Source: a virus (lineage: Duplodnaviria > Heunggongvirae > Uroviricota > Caudoviricetes). From it: a stretch of DNA of 29,363 bases. A program made the translations under genes and the position numbers. A model generated the notes under the pieces. It did not search any database and had not been told where the DNA came from. It saw nothing but the letters and a program-made list of their open reading frames with translations. Below are positions 1 to 9,996 of the stretch, piece after piece (the first letter of the stretch is position 1; the number at the start of each line of letters is the position of its first letter). The stretch covers positions 1 to 29,363 of the IMG/VR virus record IMGVR_UViG_2713896897_000016; one strand, 5' to 3'.

Positions 1-231
1 CGAACCCGACGCGCCCGACTGTTGAGCACTGAGCGTTAACAGGTGCGCTGCCAGCAGATTGATAGCGAGCGCACGGCTGTTTCCGTTCAGCCAGCCGTAA
101 TCCTCCGTGCTGATATAGCACGAGGCCTGAATCCACCAGGAATCGATGAGCGCGTCGGAGTACTTGGTTACGTCAGAGAAAGCAGGGAGTTGTTGGCGAA
201 ACAGGTCGGCGTCAAAGATGATCGCCGCCAT
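1..231 (-). CDS. DUF4054-like head-tail adaptor protein, partial (runs off the left edge)
   Basis: Not in the ORF track because it has no stop in the window. An ATG at 231-229 (minus) lies 3 nt after the stop of the upstream gene. My translation is MAAIIFDADLFRQQLPAFSDVTKYSDALIDSWW...LLAAHLLTLSAQQ. It shows the F..(F/L)PxF ... AH.L pattern typical of DUF4054 proteins that follow capsid genes. Confidence 0.55.
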   Translation of the reverse strand, partial: MAAIIFDADLFRQQLPAFSDVTKYSDALIDSWWIQASCYISTEDYGWLNGNSRALAINLLAAHLLTLSAQQSGASGS

Positions 232-233
232 GA

Positions 234-620
234 TTATCTTTCCTTTTTGTTGTCGATGACTTTCGGAGGCTCCTGACCTTTAGAGATAAAATCATTTTCA
301 GTCAGCGGCGCCGATTCGTCGCGCGCTTCCATGTCACTGGCGACTTTTTCAACCGGGGCGGGTTTCGCTTCCACAACAATAAAACCGTTGGATTTGTGCA
401 ACTGAAAAACCGGGTTTTGCTCCAGCAGGACCAGATCTTCATCAGATACAGTGGTCACAACGCCTTTTGGCGTGATGAAATTTTTATCAGCCAGGTTTGC
501 GCCGCCCGCTACCAGAATTGCGCGTTCAGCAATCGGCAGATCGCCCCCGCCTTTGTGATATACCTGATATACCTGATATGCCTGTGAGCCTGTCAGCGTC
601 GAATAAATATAATGCTCCAT
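234..620 (-). CDS. Hypothetical head-module protein (128 aa)
   Basis: The ORF is packed between the major capsid gene and the DUF4054-like gene on the same strand. No family recognised. Confidence 0.6.
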   Translation of the reverse strand: MEHYIYSTLTGSQAYQVYQVYHKGGGDLPIAERAILVAGGANLADKNFITPKGVVTTVSDEDLVLLEQNPVFQLHKSNGFIVVEAKPAPVEKVASDMEARDESAPLTENDFISKGQEPPKVIDNKKER

Positions 621-631
621 GAATTCCTCTC

Positions 632-1744
632 TTAGTTGCCAGTTGCACGAACGCAGGCATACGGACGTTTCAGCATCACACCAGCAGTGGCGTTACTGAA
701 ATCCTCGGTGTAAAACTTCGCGCGCTGTTCAGCACCGATAGTGACGAACTTGGCAGGCACGAGCTGCGACCAGACGCCTTTGTCATCGGTCGAAACTTCA
801 TCAGCAAGGATGTTTTCGGCGTGAAGCTGCATGATGTTCGCGCCGCCGTTGGCACCGTCGAACTCCGGCGCGGTCTTGATGCGCCACTTCGGATAGGTTT
901 TGGAAATCCAGTCCTGTACGCTCATCCCCGTCTCAGTAGATACGCTGAGGTACGTGATTGAGCCGTTAGCGAGTGTTAACGTGCATTCGTTTTCAGTCGG
1001 ATCAACAACAGATTTCGAGTCAACCAGCAATGCGTTAGCGATCAGGCGGATATCTGCGGTGATTTCCTGGAATGTTTTACCGGACCATTTTGTCTGTCCT
1101 GATGCGCCAGCCGGGAGCGTTTTGTACGCCGGAGCCGCCGGGTCGTTCAACATACCGTAGGTGCGGTTAGTGCCGTTGTTGTAGCCGTAGAAACCAACGT
1201 CATTACGGTTGATTTCCAGAGCAATCGCCGCGCCGTTACGTTTGGTTGCCGCGCTATCAACTTTGATTTTGGCTGCGCGCGCTGATTCCAGATAACCAAC
1301 CTGCAACCCTTCTTCAAAGCGAATGACGCTGCGGCGCTCATAGCCGACGTTCCAGGACGACAGCGGGATATTGGTGTAGTCGCCGTACACCGCCGCTTTA
1401 CCCGTCAGTTCCATGACGGACTGGATGATCTCTTCGTCTTCCCAGCTACCGACAGTGGTAATGCCAATCAGGTCGTCGATTTTGCGCGGCTGCGTAACCG
1501 TGGCAACAAAGCCCGGTAGCCAGGTTTGCAACGCCTGGACTGGTACACCGTTGCTCGCCGCAGTGGTGAGGCCCGGCAAAGTGGTTGAGTCCATCGCCGC
1601 GCCCATTGTGCGCAGCGTGCGGGAATCCATGCAGATCCCCAGCTTAGACAGCCCTTTCGGATAGCCATCGCATTTCGTCAGATTGAGCGGGCGAACGTTG
1701 CGCGGCCCAATGTACGAATGAATTTGTGAAACGGTTTTACTCAT
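632..1744 (-). CDS. Major capsid protein (DUF2184-type)
   Basis: 370 aa ORF in the capsid position, downstream of a DUF2213-like gene and a small cement-like gene. The sequence style (..GITTVGSWEDEEI..GYERRSVIRFEEGL..) matches DUF2184 capsid proteins as I recall them. Confidence 0.8.
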   Translation of the reverse strand: MSKTVSQIHSYIGPRNVRPLNLTKCDGYPKGLSKLGICMDSRTLRTMGAAMDSTTLPGLTTAASNGVPVQALQTWLPGFVATVTQPRKIDDLIGITTVGSWEDEEIIQSVMELTGKAAVYGDYTNIPLSSWNVGYERRSVIRFEEGLQVGYLESARAAKIKVDSAATKRNGAAIALEINRNDVGFYGYNNGTNRTYGMLNDPAAPAYKTLPAGASGQTKWSGKTFQEITADIRLIANALLVDSKSVVDPTENECTLTLANGSITYLSVSTETGMSVQDWISKTYPKWRIKTAPEFDGANGGANIMQLHAENILADEVSTDDKGVWSQLVPAKFVTIGAEQRAKFYTEDFSNATAGVMLKRPYACVRATGN

Positions 1745-1754
1745 GATTTTTCCG

Positions 1755-2249
1755 TTAGTTAGTGAGCGTGATAACAGCAGGGCCAGCGCCAGCGGTAGAG
1801 AAATGCGTCACACGACAGTTCGGGACAAACGCACAGTTACTACCCGGATCTGTTGCGGATGCCGTGACAGTTGAGAGGATTCCTGTAGTTGTGTTGAACA
1901 CCACTTTTTGTCCAATTAATACGGCAGAGGAAAACGTGACAACGAGTATCCCCATAGAGCAGAACTCAGCGCTCAGGCCGTTGGGCAAAGCCATCGAGGC
2001 GTTCAGGGGGTTGCTCGAATCGCCGTACATAGGTTGGGATTTTGGATTGACCATGATCCCGACAAATGTGTCCGCCCCTCCGCCCGCAGTAACATGATCT
2101 CCGGCAGCGCTGAACGCGCGCCCGAAAACGTTGTTTTTGGCGTCAGAAGACTGGAGCACCGCAGAGCGCACACGGCTCGGACCCTCAGCGTAAAACTCAC
2201 CCGGCACGCCAAACGCCAGGGATTTATTGATAGCAGTTGGAAACGACAT
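1755..2249 (-). CDS. Small head protein, possibly Gp24-like structural cement/decoration protein
   Basis: 164 aa Gly/Ala/Ser-rich ORF between the scaffold-like and capsid genes. Its start overlaps the upstream stop (TAATG). The family call is tentative. Confidence 0.45.
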   Translation of the reverse strand: MSFPTAINKSLAFGVPGEFYAEGPSRVRSAVLQSSDAKNNVFGRAFSAAGDHVTAGGGADTFVGIMVNPKSQPMYGDSSNPLNASMALPNGLSAEFCSMGILVVTFSSAVLIGQKVVFNTTTGILSTVTASATDPGSNCAFVPNCRVTHFSTAGAGPAVITLTN

Positions 2250-3424
2250 TATTTGCCCCCCAGATATTTGGTAATTTCGTCACTATCAGCCGCGTCAGCC
2301 GCTGAATATGTGGTGTCGTCGCTGCCGCCGTAGTTAACAGGGCGTGCGTGGAGATAGCCCAGCAGCACGGCTTCTTCCATGCCGTCAGCACAGTTGATGC
2401 CGAGTTTTTTCACGCCGTATTTAGCGACTTCATCCAGCGTTTTTTCGCGATGGTCAAACGCGCCGATGTGGTGGGATAGTTGCTCTGCCAGCGTATCGCG
2501 GCGGGCGATCTGCCCCATGAGCATTTTCATTCCGTCTTTTTTAAAACCGTCCAGCGCGCTGCGCGTGTCCCGGATTTCTGCACGAAGTTTTTTAATTGCT
2601 GCGTCCTGCGCTGCTTTTTCTTCCGGTGGCACGTCCTCATCTCCGGTTTTTTCTTCAGGCGGTGTTGCCGTTTTTTCTTCCTCTGGTGGTGCCTCCTCAT
2701 CCGGTGTTGTCGCTGCCTGATTTGCGCCCTGTGCGGACTGGAATTGCTGGATAATCGGCATGATTTGTTTGATTGCTGCTGCGCACTGAGCCAGCGTCAT
2801 ATCTCCCTCGCCAGCGCCGTCGCCGTCCTGACCTTCTTTGTTTTCGCCTGGTTCTGCCATGTGTTTTAACTCCGATGAATCTATTGTGAATTTAAAGTGG
2901 TCGAGCACCGCGACCGTTGGCCCCATGCGCCCCTCATCAACCAGGGCAATGTGATTGCCGCGAATTTTGAGTTGCACATAGTCGTAGGGTTGACCGTTCC
3001 ACGTTCCCGGTCTGAATACGTATACGCAGCGATAGCCGCAGGAGAGTTCCTTTTTTCCGTCGGCGATTAGCTCTGCCAGACGCTGAGAAAAAACTTTGAG
3101 GTTTGCGTAGAGCGTTCCCTGATTTTCGTCGCCCTCAAAAACGACGTTTTCCCCGATAACGCCTTCAACGCCGTACTGCTCCGCTGGAGTCTCTCCCTCG
3201 CCGAGCATTTCGTGGTCGTTGATAAATGGCAGCAGCCTGAATGATTGCAGGCACTCAGGATCTGCCAGCGCCTCTGCGGGGCGGTAAACCATGTAGATTT
3301 TGTCTGCATCAGGCGCGCCGATGGTTGCCCCCATATACGGAAAAACCCCAACTTTTGAGATGGGGTTTTTGGGGATTTCGAACCAGTTGTTGAGGTCGTA
3401 TATTCGTTGAGATTGGCCCGTCAT
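2249..3424 (-). CDS. DUF2213-like prohead scaffold/protease-like protein
   Basis: The N-terminus ..IYDLNNWFEIPKNPISKVGVFPY..YRPAEAL..LPFINDHE resembles DUF2213 proteins. The C-terminus has a charged PPEE(K) repeat, which is scaffold-like. I chose the ATG at 3424 because it forms an ATGA overlap with the upstream stop. The longest ORF extends to 3475. Confidence 0.7.
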   Translation of the reverse strand: MTGQSQRIYDLNNWFEIPKNPISKVGVFPYMGATIGAPDADKIYMVYRPAEALADPECLQSFRLLPFINDHEMLGEGETPAEQYGVEGVIGENVVFEGDENQGTLYANLKVFSQRLAELIADGKKELSCGYRCVYVFRPGTWNGQPYDYVQLKIRGNHIALVDEGRMGPTVAVLDHFKFTIDSSELKHMAEPGENKEGQDGDGAGEGDMTLAQCAAAIKQIMPIIQQFQSAQGANQAATTPDEEAPPEEEKTATPPEEKTGDEDVPPEEKAAQDAAIKKLRAEIRDTRSALDGFKKDGMKMLMGQIARRDTLAEQLSHHIGAFDHREKTLDEVAKYGVKKLGINCADGMEEAVLLGYLHARPVNYGGSDDTTYSAADAADSDEITKYLGGK

Positions 3425-4294
3425 GTTGTTGTTCCATCGTCGAGTTCGATAACCGGGCGCATCCGACATTTGCAATTCGGCAGTTGTCCGGGTAATCCGC
3501 GCTCACCAGTTTTTGGGTCGATAACCGGGGGATCATTGATGTCGTATATCCCGCCGTTCAGTGTGTGCAGGTGATACGGTCGCGGCCTTTGTCCGCCCGC
3601 AGAATGTAGCCACTCGAATTTGCTGATACCCACCGACTTCATGCGTTCGGCGTTTATCGTGTTGTAAACCTTGCGGGTCTGGTCCAACGCCATGTTTTTG
3701 GCGTGGCGCTCTGTGATTCCGTTTTGCCGCTCGAAAAATGGCGTGAGATCAGCCAGGCCGTTCCCGCTACTGATTGACGACGTAACCGCGTTTTTTACAG
3801 TAGCCAGATATTGCTGAGGAATTGAGACAATCAGATTGGTGCTCTGTGTTGCCGCCGCGTTCAGCTTTTCTTTCAGAGTTCCAGAAAAAATATCCGTTGA
3901 AAGTGTCACGCCCCCCGGTTAACTGCTCGATACTCTGCCGCAGGCTGGTTGTGCTTGAGTTCGCCGCACCTTTGAGCATTTTTTCAGTGATACCCTTTGC
4001 CCGACTTTTAAAAACTTTCATGAACTTACTAGCTAATGAGTTCAACAAAATTCGTGACTGACTCGATACACTGGCGTCCGTAGCGAAATAATGTTTGCCA
4101 GTACCCGACTGAAACAGCGCGGTGATTTCCTGCTGTGTTTCCCGCGTCATCCGCCTGACCAGTTTCAGCAACTCAGCCTCAATCCTCCCCGCCTGCGCCG
4201 CGTTATAGTTGAGCGGTGCGCCCCGGATTATCTGGGGCTTGAACTGGCGCGCCCATTGTGCCTTCCTCTTCGCCAGATTGATTTTCTTCGCCAT
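3421..4294 (-). pseudogene. Minor head / head-morphogenesis protein (SPP1 gp7 / Mu F-like), split by a frameshift in a G6 run
   Basis: The N-terminal fragment (ATG 4294, [11 protein letters not shown]...SIEQLTGG) and the C-terminal fragment (3421-3909, ..FEWLHSAGGQRPRPYHL..LPNCKCRMRPV) are in different frames. They join cleanly if one G is removed from the run at 3911-3916, giving ..LTGGVTLSTDIF... The start is uncertain because ATG 4294 overlaps the portal gene by 92 nt. Confidence 0.7.
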
Positions 4295-5735
4295 TGTCGT
4301 CCTCATACGGTTCGATTCCGCTGTACCCGCTGTCCGGGTCTTTGATAATCCGGTTGCGAACGTCCACACCGTCGATAGCGCCGACCTGTGCCAGCGCGGT
4401 ATCTGTCTGCGCTTTTTTGACGTTGATATCTGCCTGCTCAGTAGCCGTGAGTGATGCCACTGGTAACCAGGTGATTTCTGTTTCGACGGGTGAGATACCG
4501 AACCGTGGCGCAATAACGGACCGCATGAGCATTTGGTGATGACGCTCTGCCAGCGGCGTGAGGTCGTTTTCCTGGATTGCCTCCAGCTCCTCGTGATAGC
4601 TCGATTCCTTGTAGCTGCCGCTGGACTGAAAACCTTTCGGCGACGTACCCATCAGTTTTGTGACCGGAACACCCGACGCGCCAGCAACTAACTGGTATTG
4701 CGTCATCGTCACCGTGTCGACGTCAGCCAGCGCGGTATCTGTCTGCTGATACGTGTCGTTACGGTCGATAATTTTCACGCCGTAGTTGTTGAGGTAATAC
4801 ATCCACAACGCCATGCGTTCCTCAAACGCCACCTGGTCAGTGAGTGCCGCTGCTGTGTTAACCGACAAAACCGTGCTGCGCTTTGTCATCGCAAGCTGCG
4901 GCCCCTCGTTTGCCGTGCGTTCTGCTGCGTAGACGCGCTCAAATATTTTCTGCGGAATCGACACACCGCCGTAGTTGTACGTCGGCTTGAGGACGTCCGG
5001 CACTTCGTTAGCGCGGAAAATACAGAAATGTGAACGATGAACACGGCCCAGCCCGTTAACACGCCACCACGTTGGCTCGTAGAAATGCAGATTTGCCGGG
5101 TTAGCAGTTGCGTTGCGGTCCAGTTCTGGAGTGAGCCAGTACGGGTCTATCTGCGATATCCCGCGATAGCTGCCCGGTTTCACGCTGTCGATATTGAACG
5201 GTTTGGCGTAGTAGTTCGGGTCGTCAGAATCCACCATGAATAACGCGTGTCTGATGCCGAAAATGCGCCCCATACGCACAAACTCGCGCATGGATTTATT
5301 CAGGCCAAAACGTTTATCCAGCCTTTGCATTGCCGCGATAATTTCCGGCGTAGCCTCGCTGCCGTCGTTTACCGTGATTTCGTAACCGTTGCGCACCGCG
5401 TCACGCGCGGGCATTGTGCAGACTTTATCCACCAGCCAGTGCTGAGCGATAACAGCACAGAGTTGATAGCCAATAAATCCCTGGCTGGCGTACCAGCCCA
5501 ACTGAGCATCGGGAACGCTGGCATCAGTGCCGCCCCATTTGCCAATTGCGGCATCCATGCCGACACCTTTACGTGTGCGGGGCATTGGTTTCTGGAGACT
5601 ACGCGCCATCAGTGCGGTCCGGTCAATTTCCGGCATGAACAACGGCACATCAGTCGAAAAAAAACCCGCTCCAGATTTGGGCGGGTCATCATTTTTTGGC
5701 AGCGGTTCGGGCTGCTGTTTTTTGAAGGGCCACAT
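4203..5735 (-). CDS. Portal protein (DUF1073-type)
   Basis: 510 aa ORF immediately downstream of the terminase large subunit, with an acidic C-terminal tail. Size and position are typical of a portal. Confidence 0.8.
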   Translation of the reverse strand: MWPFKKQQPEPLPKNDDPPKSGAGFFSTDVPLFMPEIDRTALMARSLQKPMPRTRKGVGMDAAIGKWGGTDASVPDAQLGWYASQGFIGYQLCAVIAQHWLVDKVCTMPARDAVRNGYEITVNDGSEATPEIIAAMQRLDKRFGLNKSMREFVRMGRIFGIRHALFMVDSDDPNYYAKPFNIDSVKPGSYRGISQIDPYWLTPELDRNATANPANLHFYEPTWWRVNGLGRVHRSHFCIFRANEVPDVLKPTYNYGGVSIPQKIFERVYAAERTANEGPQLAMTKRSTVLSVNTAAALTDQVAFEERMALWMYYLNNYGVKIIDRNDTYQQTDTALADVDTVTMTQYQLVAGASGVPVTKLMGTSPKGFQSSGSYKESSYHEELEAIQENDLTPLAERHHQMLMRSVIAPRFGISPVETEITWLPVASLTATEQADINVKKAQTDTALAQVGAIDGVDVRNRIIKDPDSGYSGIEPYEDDNGEENQSGEEEGTMGAPVQAPDNPGRTAQL

Positions 5736-7225
5736 CAGTCAAAGAATCCTCGCTGCGGGTTAATCAACATGTCGTCTACCGCGTCCATCGCAGTGTCCAG
5801 CATATCGTCGTTGTCGTGTGTATCGTCAGCAGTAAACGCAACGGCCTCGGCAATAAATCCAACTACCCACTGTGTTGTGCCAGCTATCGTTACGCCGTCA
5901 CTGTAATACGTGTGGAATATCGGGTTCCGGTCCGCGTCGTGAGTGTCGGGGATATAAACTTTTCCGGTTTTCAGTTGCGGGATACAGTTCAGGCATCTGA
6001 CCAGTTTATTTTCGCCGTCGCCACGCTGAACCGCGTTAACTGGAATAGCGCGCCGTTTTGTGAGCGTGGTTATCAGCCCCTGCCCCGCCTGTTTATCCTC
6101 GATAGCCATATAACGCAGCGCCGCACGCTGGAGAGTATCCGACGGTTGCCAGCGCTCCCACAGCTCCTCCGCTTTTCGTAGCAGCTCCTCCGGGTCCCAT
6201 TTCCCGCGCTCCATATCGATGATATACATGTTCCCGTCCACCCCCATACCCGCCAGGGTAAAAACGGTGTAGTCGTTAAAATCTTTAACTTTGCCGGAGT
6301 TGGTATCAACGTACACAGCGCGCCAGAGCAGGCGCGGTAATTTCCTGTACGTGCGAAACCATTCGCCGTTAATCAGCCCACCGGATAATGCTGCTGGATT
6401 TTGCTGGTACTGACTCAAAAACGTGTACGCGTCACGCTCCCACAGTGCCAGCAGATCTCCCACGTACTCCATCTCGGGCCAATACGACCAGTACCGGACG
6501 CCCGCGACGGTTACGCTGTCAGTGTTTTTTACGACGCTCCAGCACTGTGTTCGCCACGGTTCCGGCAGCGCGTCGATATATTCCTCGCCAATCAGCGCGG
6601 GAATAACGGTGTGATCAAAACTCAGGCCCATTCCACCAGTGAGCATAAACCCGGTCGCGTCATCAACGTGGAGCCGCTGCTGTATAGAAATAATCGGAGT
6701 GGGATTGTCTTTAGAGCGATCCCCACGACGGGAGCGAATTGTGTTTACCAGTAACTGGTTGGCAGAGGCGCGCTTCGTCTCCGAGAACATATCGAGCGGT
6801 TTATTAAAATCGTCGAGCAGCACATAACCCGAAAATTCGGGACCGGAATAACCACCACGACCGCCAGTAATCTGACCGCCACCAGCTCGCGACACGGTTT
6901 GCCCAACTGAACGCCCCAGCGCGTTGATTATCTCCCACTCGTCAGCCTGTTTGACGCCGAACTGACAGGGCCACAACTCCTGATACTCCGGGCTGGCAAT
7001 AATATCTCTCGTTCTGCGGCTGGTACGTTTAACGAGTGAATCAGAGAACGAAATATTCAGATTACGAAAACGTTGTAACTTTTTTTCCTGCACCAGTGCG
7101 TTGATATACGCTGGCAGATGAATAGAAAAAAATTCTGTTTTTGTTGAGCCAGGCGGGGTGTTGATAATCAGATTTCGTTTCGCTGCTGTGCCGTTAATAA
7201 TGCCGTCGATTTTCGCCGCCATCAT
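5735..7225 (-). CDS. Terminase large subunit (ORF as it stands; the true N-terminus is upstream of an in-frame TAG)
   Basis: Walker A-like [11 protein letters not shown] and Walker B-like [10 protein letters not shown] motifs, plus a C-terminal nuclease-type region. The same frame continues upstream to an ATG at 7363, interrupted only by a TAG at 7237-7235. Confidence 0.9.
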   Translation of the reverse strand: MMAAKIDGIINGTAAKRNLIINTPPGSTKTEFFSIHLPAYINALVQEKKLQRFRNLNISFSDSLVKRTSRRTRDIIASPEYQELWPCQFGVKQADEWEIINALGRSVGQTVSRAGGGQITGGRGGYSGPEFSGYVLLDDFNKPLDMFSETKRASANQLLVNTIRSRRGDRSKDNPTPIISIQQRLHVDDATGFMLTGGMGLSFDHTVIPALIGEEYIDALPEPWRTQCWSVVKNTDSVTVAGVRYWSYWPEMEYVGDLLALWERDAYTFLSQYQQNPAALSGGLINGEWFRTYRKLPRLLWRAVYVDTNSGKVKDFNDYTVFTLAGMGVDGNMYIIDMERGKWDPEELLRKAEELWERWQPSDTLQRAALRYMAIEDKQAGQGLITTLTKRRAIPVNAVQRGDGENKLVRCLNCIPQLKTGKVYIPDTHDADRNPIFHTYYSDGVTIAGTTQWVVGFIAEAVAFTADDTHDNDDMLDTAMDAVDDMLINPQRGFFD

Positions 7226-7362
7226 TCGGTGGTGCTAGTTCACCATCAACCGATCACCCTGGATCAACTCAAACCACAGCCGCGTGTAATTCAAAAAAGA
7301 ACGAGTGGAGCGACGTTTCACCTCCACCCGCTTTGGAAACTCGAGACTCTCCCACTCAATCA

Positions 7363-8352
7363 TCAGTCCAGATCCCCAAATTCATTGTCTATCCAGTTTT
7401 GTGCGTTGCGGTAATCGTCCGGTGTGTAACCTGCTGCCGCGCGTTCACCTGGTTTGCCACCTGCCGTCAGATGAGCGGTCAACAGCCTGGCGAGTTCACG
7501 CCGTGCTGCGTCCTGATTTGCGGTCTGAATCTCAATACCGAATTTCGTTTCTTTCACGCCCGCGTATAGCCAGCGAGCATTACCCTCCAAATCTCGGGTG
7601 TCGGTAATAAATACCTCGCTCACTCCCTCGCCGTTACATTTCGGGCAATCAGGATGAGGATCGGCAGTATCAACAAATCCCAGGCCACCGTAATCCGGCG
7701 GCTGCTTTCCGTCTTTTGCTGCTGCGGCTGATGCTCTGTCGTATTCAGCAATATCACGCCACTGGTAGAGATGGTGTTCACCCCAGCAATAACGACAATT
7801 CACGCGTCGGTGCTGTGCCAGTTCATTCGGGTCCGCGTTTGCTATTGCTGTGTACTGATGAATCAGGTCGTCAATTGTTGCCGCCTGACGCTTTTCGAAT
7901 TTGTCGCGGAGGTGTCGAACGTAGCGCGAAACCTTAGCATTTCTTAGCAGGCGACAGGCATTTACGTATGCTGCGTTACCCTCACTCTGATACTCCGCGA
8001 GCCGGTACGCCTCCACCCTGGATTTACCCTCAGCGACGTAGTGAGCAAAATTCGCTTGCTGCGGTGACAGCCCGAAATTACTGACCTCGTCGGCTGAATC
8101 ATCTCCATCATCCCCCGCAGCTAACGAGTTTTTTTTCGCGTCAGATTTCTCTCGCTCAACTGTTTTTTCGTCCGTCCGTCCATTTTTATTTTGGACGGAT
8201 TTTTTGGACCGATTTTTTTGTCGCATCCAGCCGTGTTTTTTCGCCATATCCATCAGAGTGGATTTTGCTATACCGTGCTTATCAGCAACTTTCTGGATCG
8301 AGAGCACTCCGGCGCAGTAATCACGTTTAAGCGCGCCCTCGTCCGGTTTCAT
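7363..8352 (-). CDS. Terminase small subunit with an N-terminal HTH
   Basis: N-terminal HTH-like segment (SIQKVADKHGIAKSTLMDMAKKHGW) followed by a Terminase_2-like core (FAHYVAEGKSRVEAYRLAEY..NACRLLRNAKVSRYV). It lies directly upstream of TerL. Confidence 0.8.
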   Translation of the reverse strand: MKPDEGALKRDYCAGVLSIQKVADKHGIAKSTLMDMAKKHGWMRQKNRSKKSVQNKNGRTDEKTVEREKSDAKKNSLAAGDDGDDSADEVSNFGLSPQQANFAHYVAEGKSRVEAYRLAEYQSEGNAAYVNACRLLRNAKVSRYVRHLRDKFEKRQAATIDDLIHQYTAIANADPNELAQHRRVNCRYCWGEHHLYQWRDIAEYDRASAAAAKDGKQPPDYGGLGFVDTADPHPDCPKCNGEGVSEVFITDTRDLEGNARWLYAGVKETKFGIEIQTANQDAARRELARLLTAHLTAGGKPGERAAAGYTPDDYRNAQNWIDNEFGDLD

Positions 8353-8603
8353 TAGCCGCTTTCCTTCTCTCGTCTCATTAGTTCAGTATACGCAGAACGA
8401 TCGCCATTTTTGGCGCGCTTATACAGAGCGCCGCGTAGTTCAGCCTCGCCTTTTGCTCGCCCCTTTCTGATTGCCTCGCGATATTCAGTGAGACGTTCCG
8501 GACTCGTTTTCAGTTCGTTGATATCCATATCCAGCACATCGGCAATTTGTTGCTCGCTCATGCGGCGCGCGGCGAGCGCCTGCACCTTTTGGAAATCAAT
8601 CAT
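8352..8603 (-). CDS. Small HTH-like protein upstream of the terminase genes (83 aa)
   Basis: I chose the ATG at 8603 (ATGATTGA overlap with the upstream stop) rather than the 8741 extension, which overlaps the preceding gene. MSEQQIADVLDMDINELK looks like an HTH. The stop overlaps the TerS start (TAATG). Confidence 0.5.
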   Translation of the reverse strand: MIDFQKVQALAARRMSEQQIADVLDMDINELKTSPERLTEYREAIRKGRAKGEAELRGALYKRAKNGDRSAYTELMRREKESG

Positions 8604-9996
8604 TGTGGCTGCCTTGCCTGAACGCACTAAGAACGTCCTCTGATCTCCCAATCGGGTTACCATCGGGGAACGGTAACTCGAACTCGAATCGAATTGCACT
8701 CTCCAGTTCGTGGTGCGGTTGCTGCTGTGTCGGTACTGCATGTACCTGATATGACGAATCTGAACAAACGTGGGACTTAATCGTTAATCCGTATTTGTCG
8801 CCGATTTTTTTAATATCTTCATCGGCATGAAATTTTTGATAGAACCAGTTTCCCTTTCGATACTTTGCGGAAAAATTATTCTCATCAAAAAAATAAATTT
8901 GCCCGGTCCTGGTTGCAGCCTGCATGCAGCGCATCATGTCCTGAATAAATTTGAGGCGACGCCCGGAGAAGAACAACTCCCCATCTGGCTTACATAGAGA
9001 TGCGATAAAGGTCAGCACAGCGTGCTCTGCTTGCAGGCTGTCAACGCTATTGAGTACGCTGTCACAAATAACGTAATCAAAGGGGCCGTGTTTTCTAACG
9101 GATTCGCACATTGCTGTGATCATCCGGTGGACTGCGCTGGAATCAATCACGTTCCCGGCACCGCGACGGCGGTATAGTTCTACATCCAGCAGGTTATATC
9201 CCTGCTTGCGAAGTAGGCGCGCATAGTCTCCCTGGCCTGAACCAAAATCGATACCTCTAAGCTTTTTGCTGTCCGGTTGTTTGAGTAGCCATGGAATGGT
9301 GAGGTTTTCGTATAGCCTGGATTTGATGCTCTTCACGCCAGTTGTACGTAAACGCATCATCTGTGCGTAGGTCTGGACGTAAGTTTTTTTATCCAGGTGT
9401 TCGTAGTTGAATACGCCATAGCTGCGATCGAGATATTTTTTGTATTTCTCCCGCATAGAATCAGGTATGACGTAAACCGTCAGCGGTACAGCCAAGTGTT
9501 TGCATGCCAGCACATATTGCGCACAGTGAATAACTTCTCCCGACTCAGTGGCAACACATCCACCCCACGATCCATACTTCAGGATCATGTCACTTATTTC
9601 CCTGCGAACGTATGCCAGCCGGGAGCGATAGTTTCCGGTGATACGGTCTGCAGTAACTTGAATAAAACCGTGGTGGCCCTTCAATCCAGAAATAAAACAG
9701 TGCTCATCACCGGAATCCATATCGGTGCCGTTGTGGAGCTGGTTGAACCGGATTTCATCATAAACCGTGGTATCGCGTGACAGTTCGAATACGGCAGCTT
9801 TTTCAGTGCCAAGCAGGCGAAGCGCCTTTGTACGTTGGTGGCCAGCCACCAGCAGATTGCCGCGAACGATGAGCGGCTTTACCAGGCCAAGCTCTCGAAT
9901 ACTCTCTGCCAGTTTCTCCAGATCCTCACCATCAATGTGACGCGGGTTATAGTCAGCGCCACGCAGTCCAGCGATGTCAAAATCAAGCGTGAGCAT
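8596..9996 (-). CDS. ParB-N (ParB/sulfiredoxin) domain protein fused to a class I SAM-dependent methyltransferase
   Basis: N-terminus: YNPRHIDGEDLEKLAESIRELGLVKPLIV..LVAGHQRTKA (ParB-N box). C-terminal half: IDFGSGQGDYARLL..LLDVE..DYVICDSVLNSV (SAM motif I and post-I style). The ATG at 9996 is preceded by GGAGGT. Confidence 0.75.
   Translation of the reverse strand: MLTLDFDIAGLRGADYNPRHIDGEDLEKLAESIRELGLVKPLIVRGNLLVAGHQRTKALRLLGTEKAAVFELSRDTTVYDEIRFNQLHNGTDMDSGDEHCFISGLKGHHGFIQVTADRITGNYRSRLAYVRREISDMILKYGSWGGCVATESGEVIHCAQYVLACKHLAVPLTVYVIPDSMREKYKKYLDRSYGVFNYEHLDKKTYVQTYAQMMRLRTTGVKSIKSRLYENLTIPWLLKQPDSKKLRGIDFGSGQGDYARLLRKQGYNLLDVELYRRRGAGNVIDSSAVHRMITAMCESVRKHGPFDYVICDSVLNSVDSLQAEHAVLTFIASLCKPDGELFFSGRRLKFIQDMMRCMQAATRTGQIYFFDENNFSAKYRKGNWFYQKFHADEDIKKIGDKYGLTIKSHVCSDSSYQVHAVPTQQQPHHELESAIRFEFELPFPDGNPIGRSEDVLSAFRQGSHND

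Noticed and set aside
43-276. 77-aa plus-strand ORF at the left edge
   Set aside because: It is the antisense shadow of the minus-strand DUF4054-like CDS (1-231), which is translationally packed against the upstream gene and has a recognisable family pattern.
556-582. Three tandem copies of a 9-bp unit (tgatatacc/tgatatgcc)
   Set aside because: The repeat is in-frame inside a coding region (it encodes QAYQVYQVY). It is too short and isolated to be a CRISPR, iteron or regulatory array, and is probably simple replication slippage.
5247-5906. 219-aa plus-strand ORF, and many similar 60-130-aa ORFs antisense to or out of frame with capsid, portal, terminase, ParB and NinG genes
   Set aside because: These are shadow ORFs inside long, well-supported genes in GC-rich coding sequence. 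They have Arg/Cys/His-rich low-plausibility translations and no independent start signals.
8185-8222. Imperfect direct repeat ggacggatttttt/ggaccgatttttt within the TerS gene
   Set aside because: It lies in the Lys/Asn/Arg-rich linker coding region of TerS. There is no evidence that it is a pac site or a regulatory repeat.
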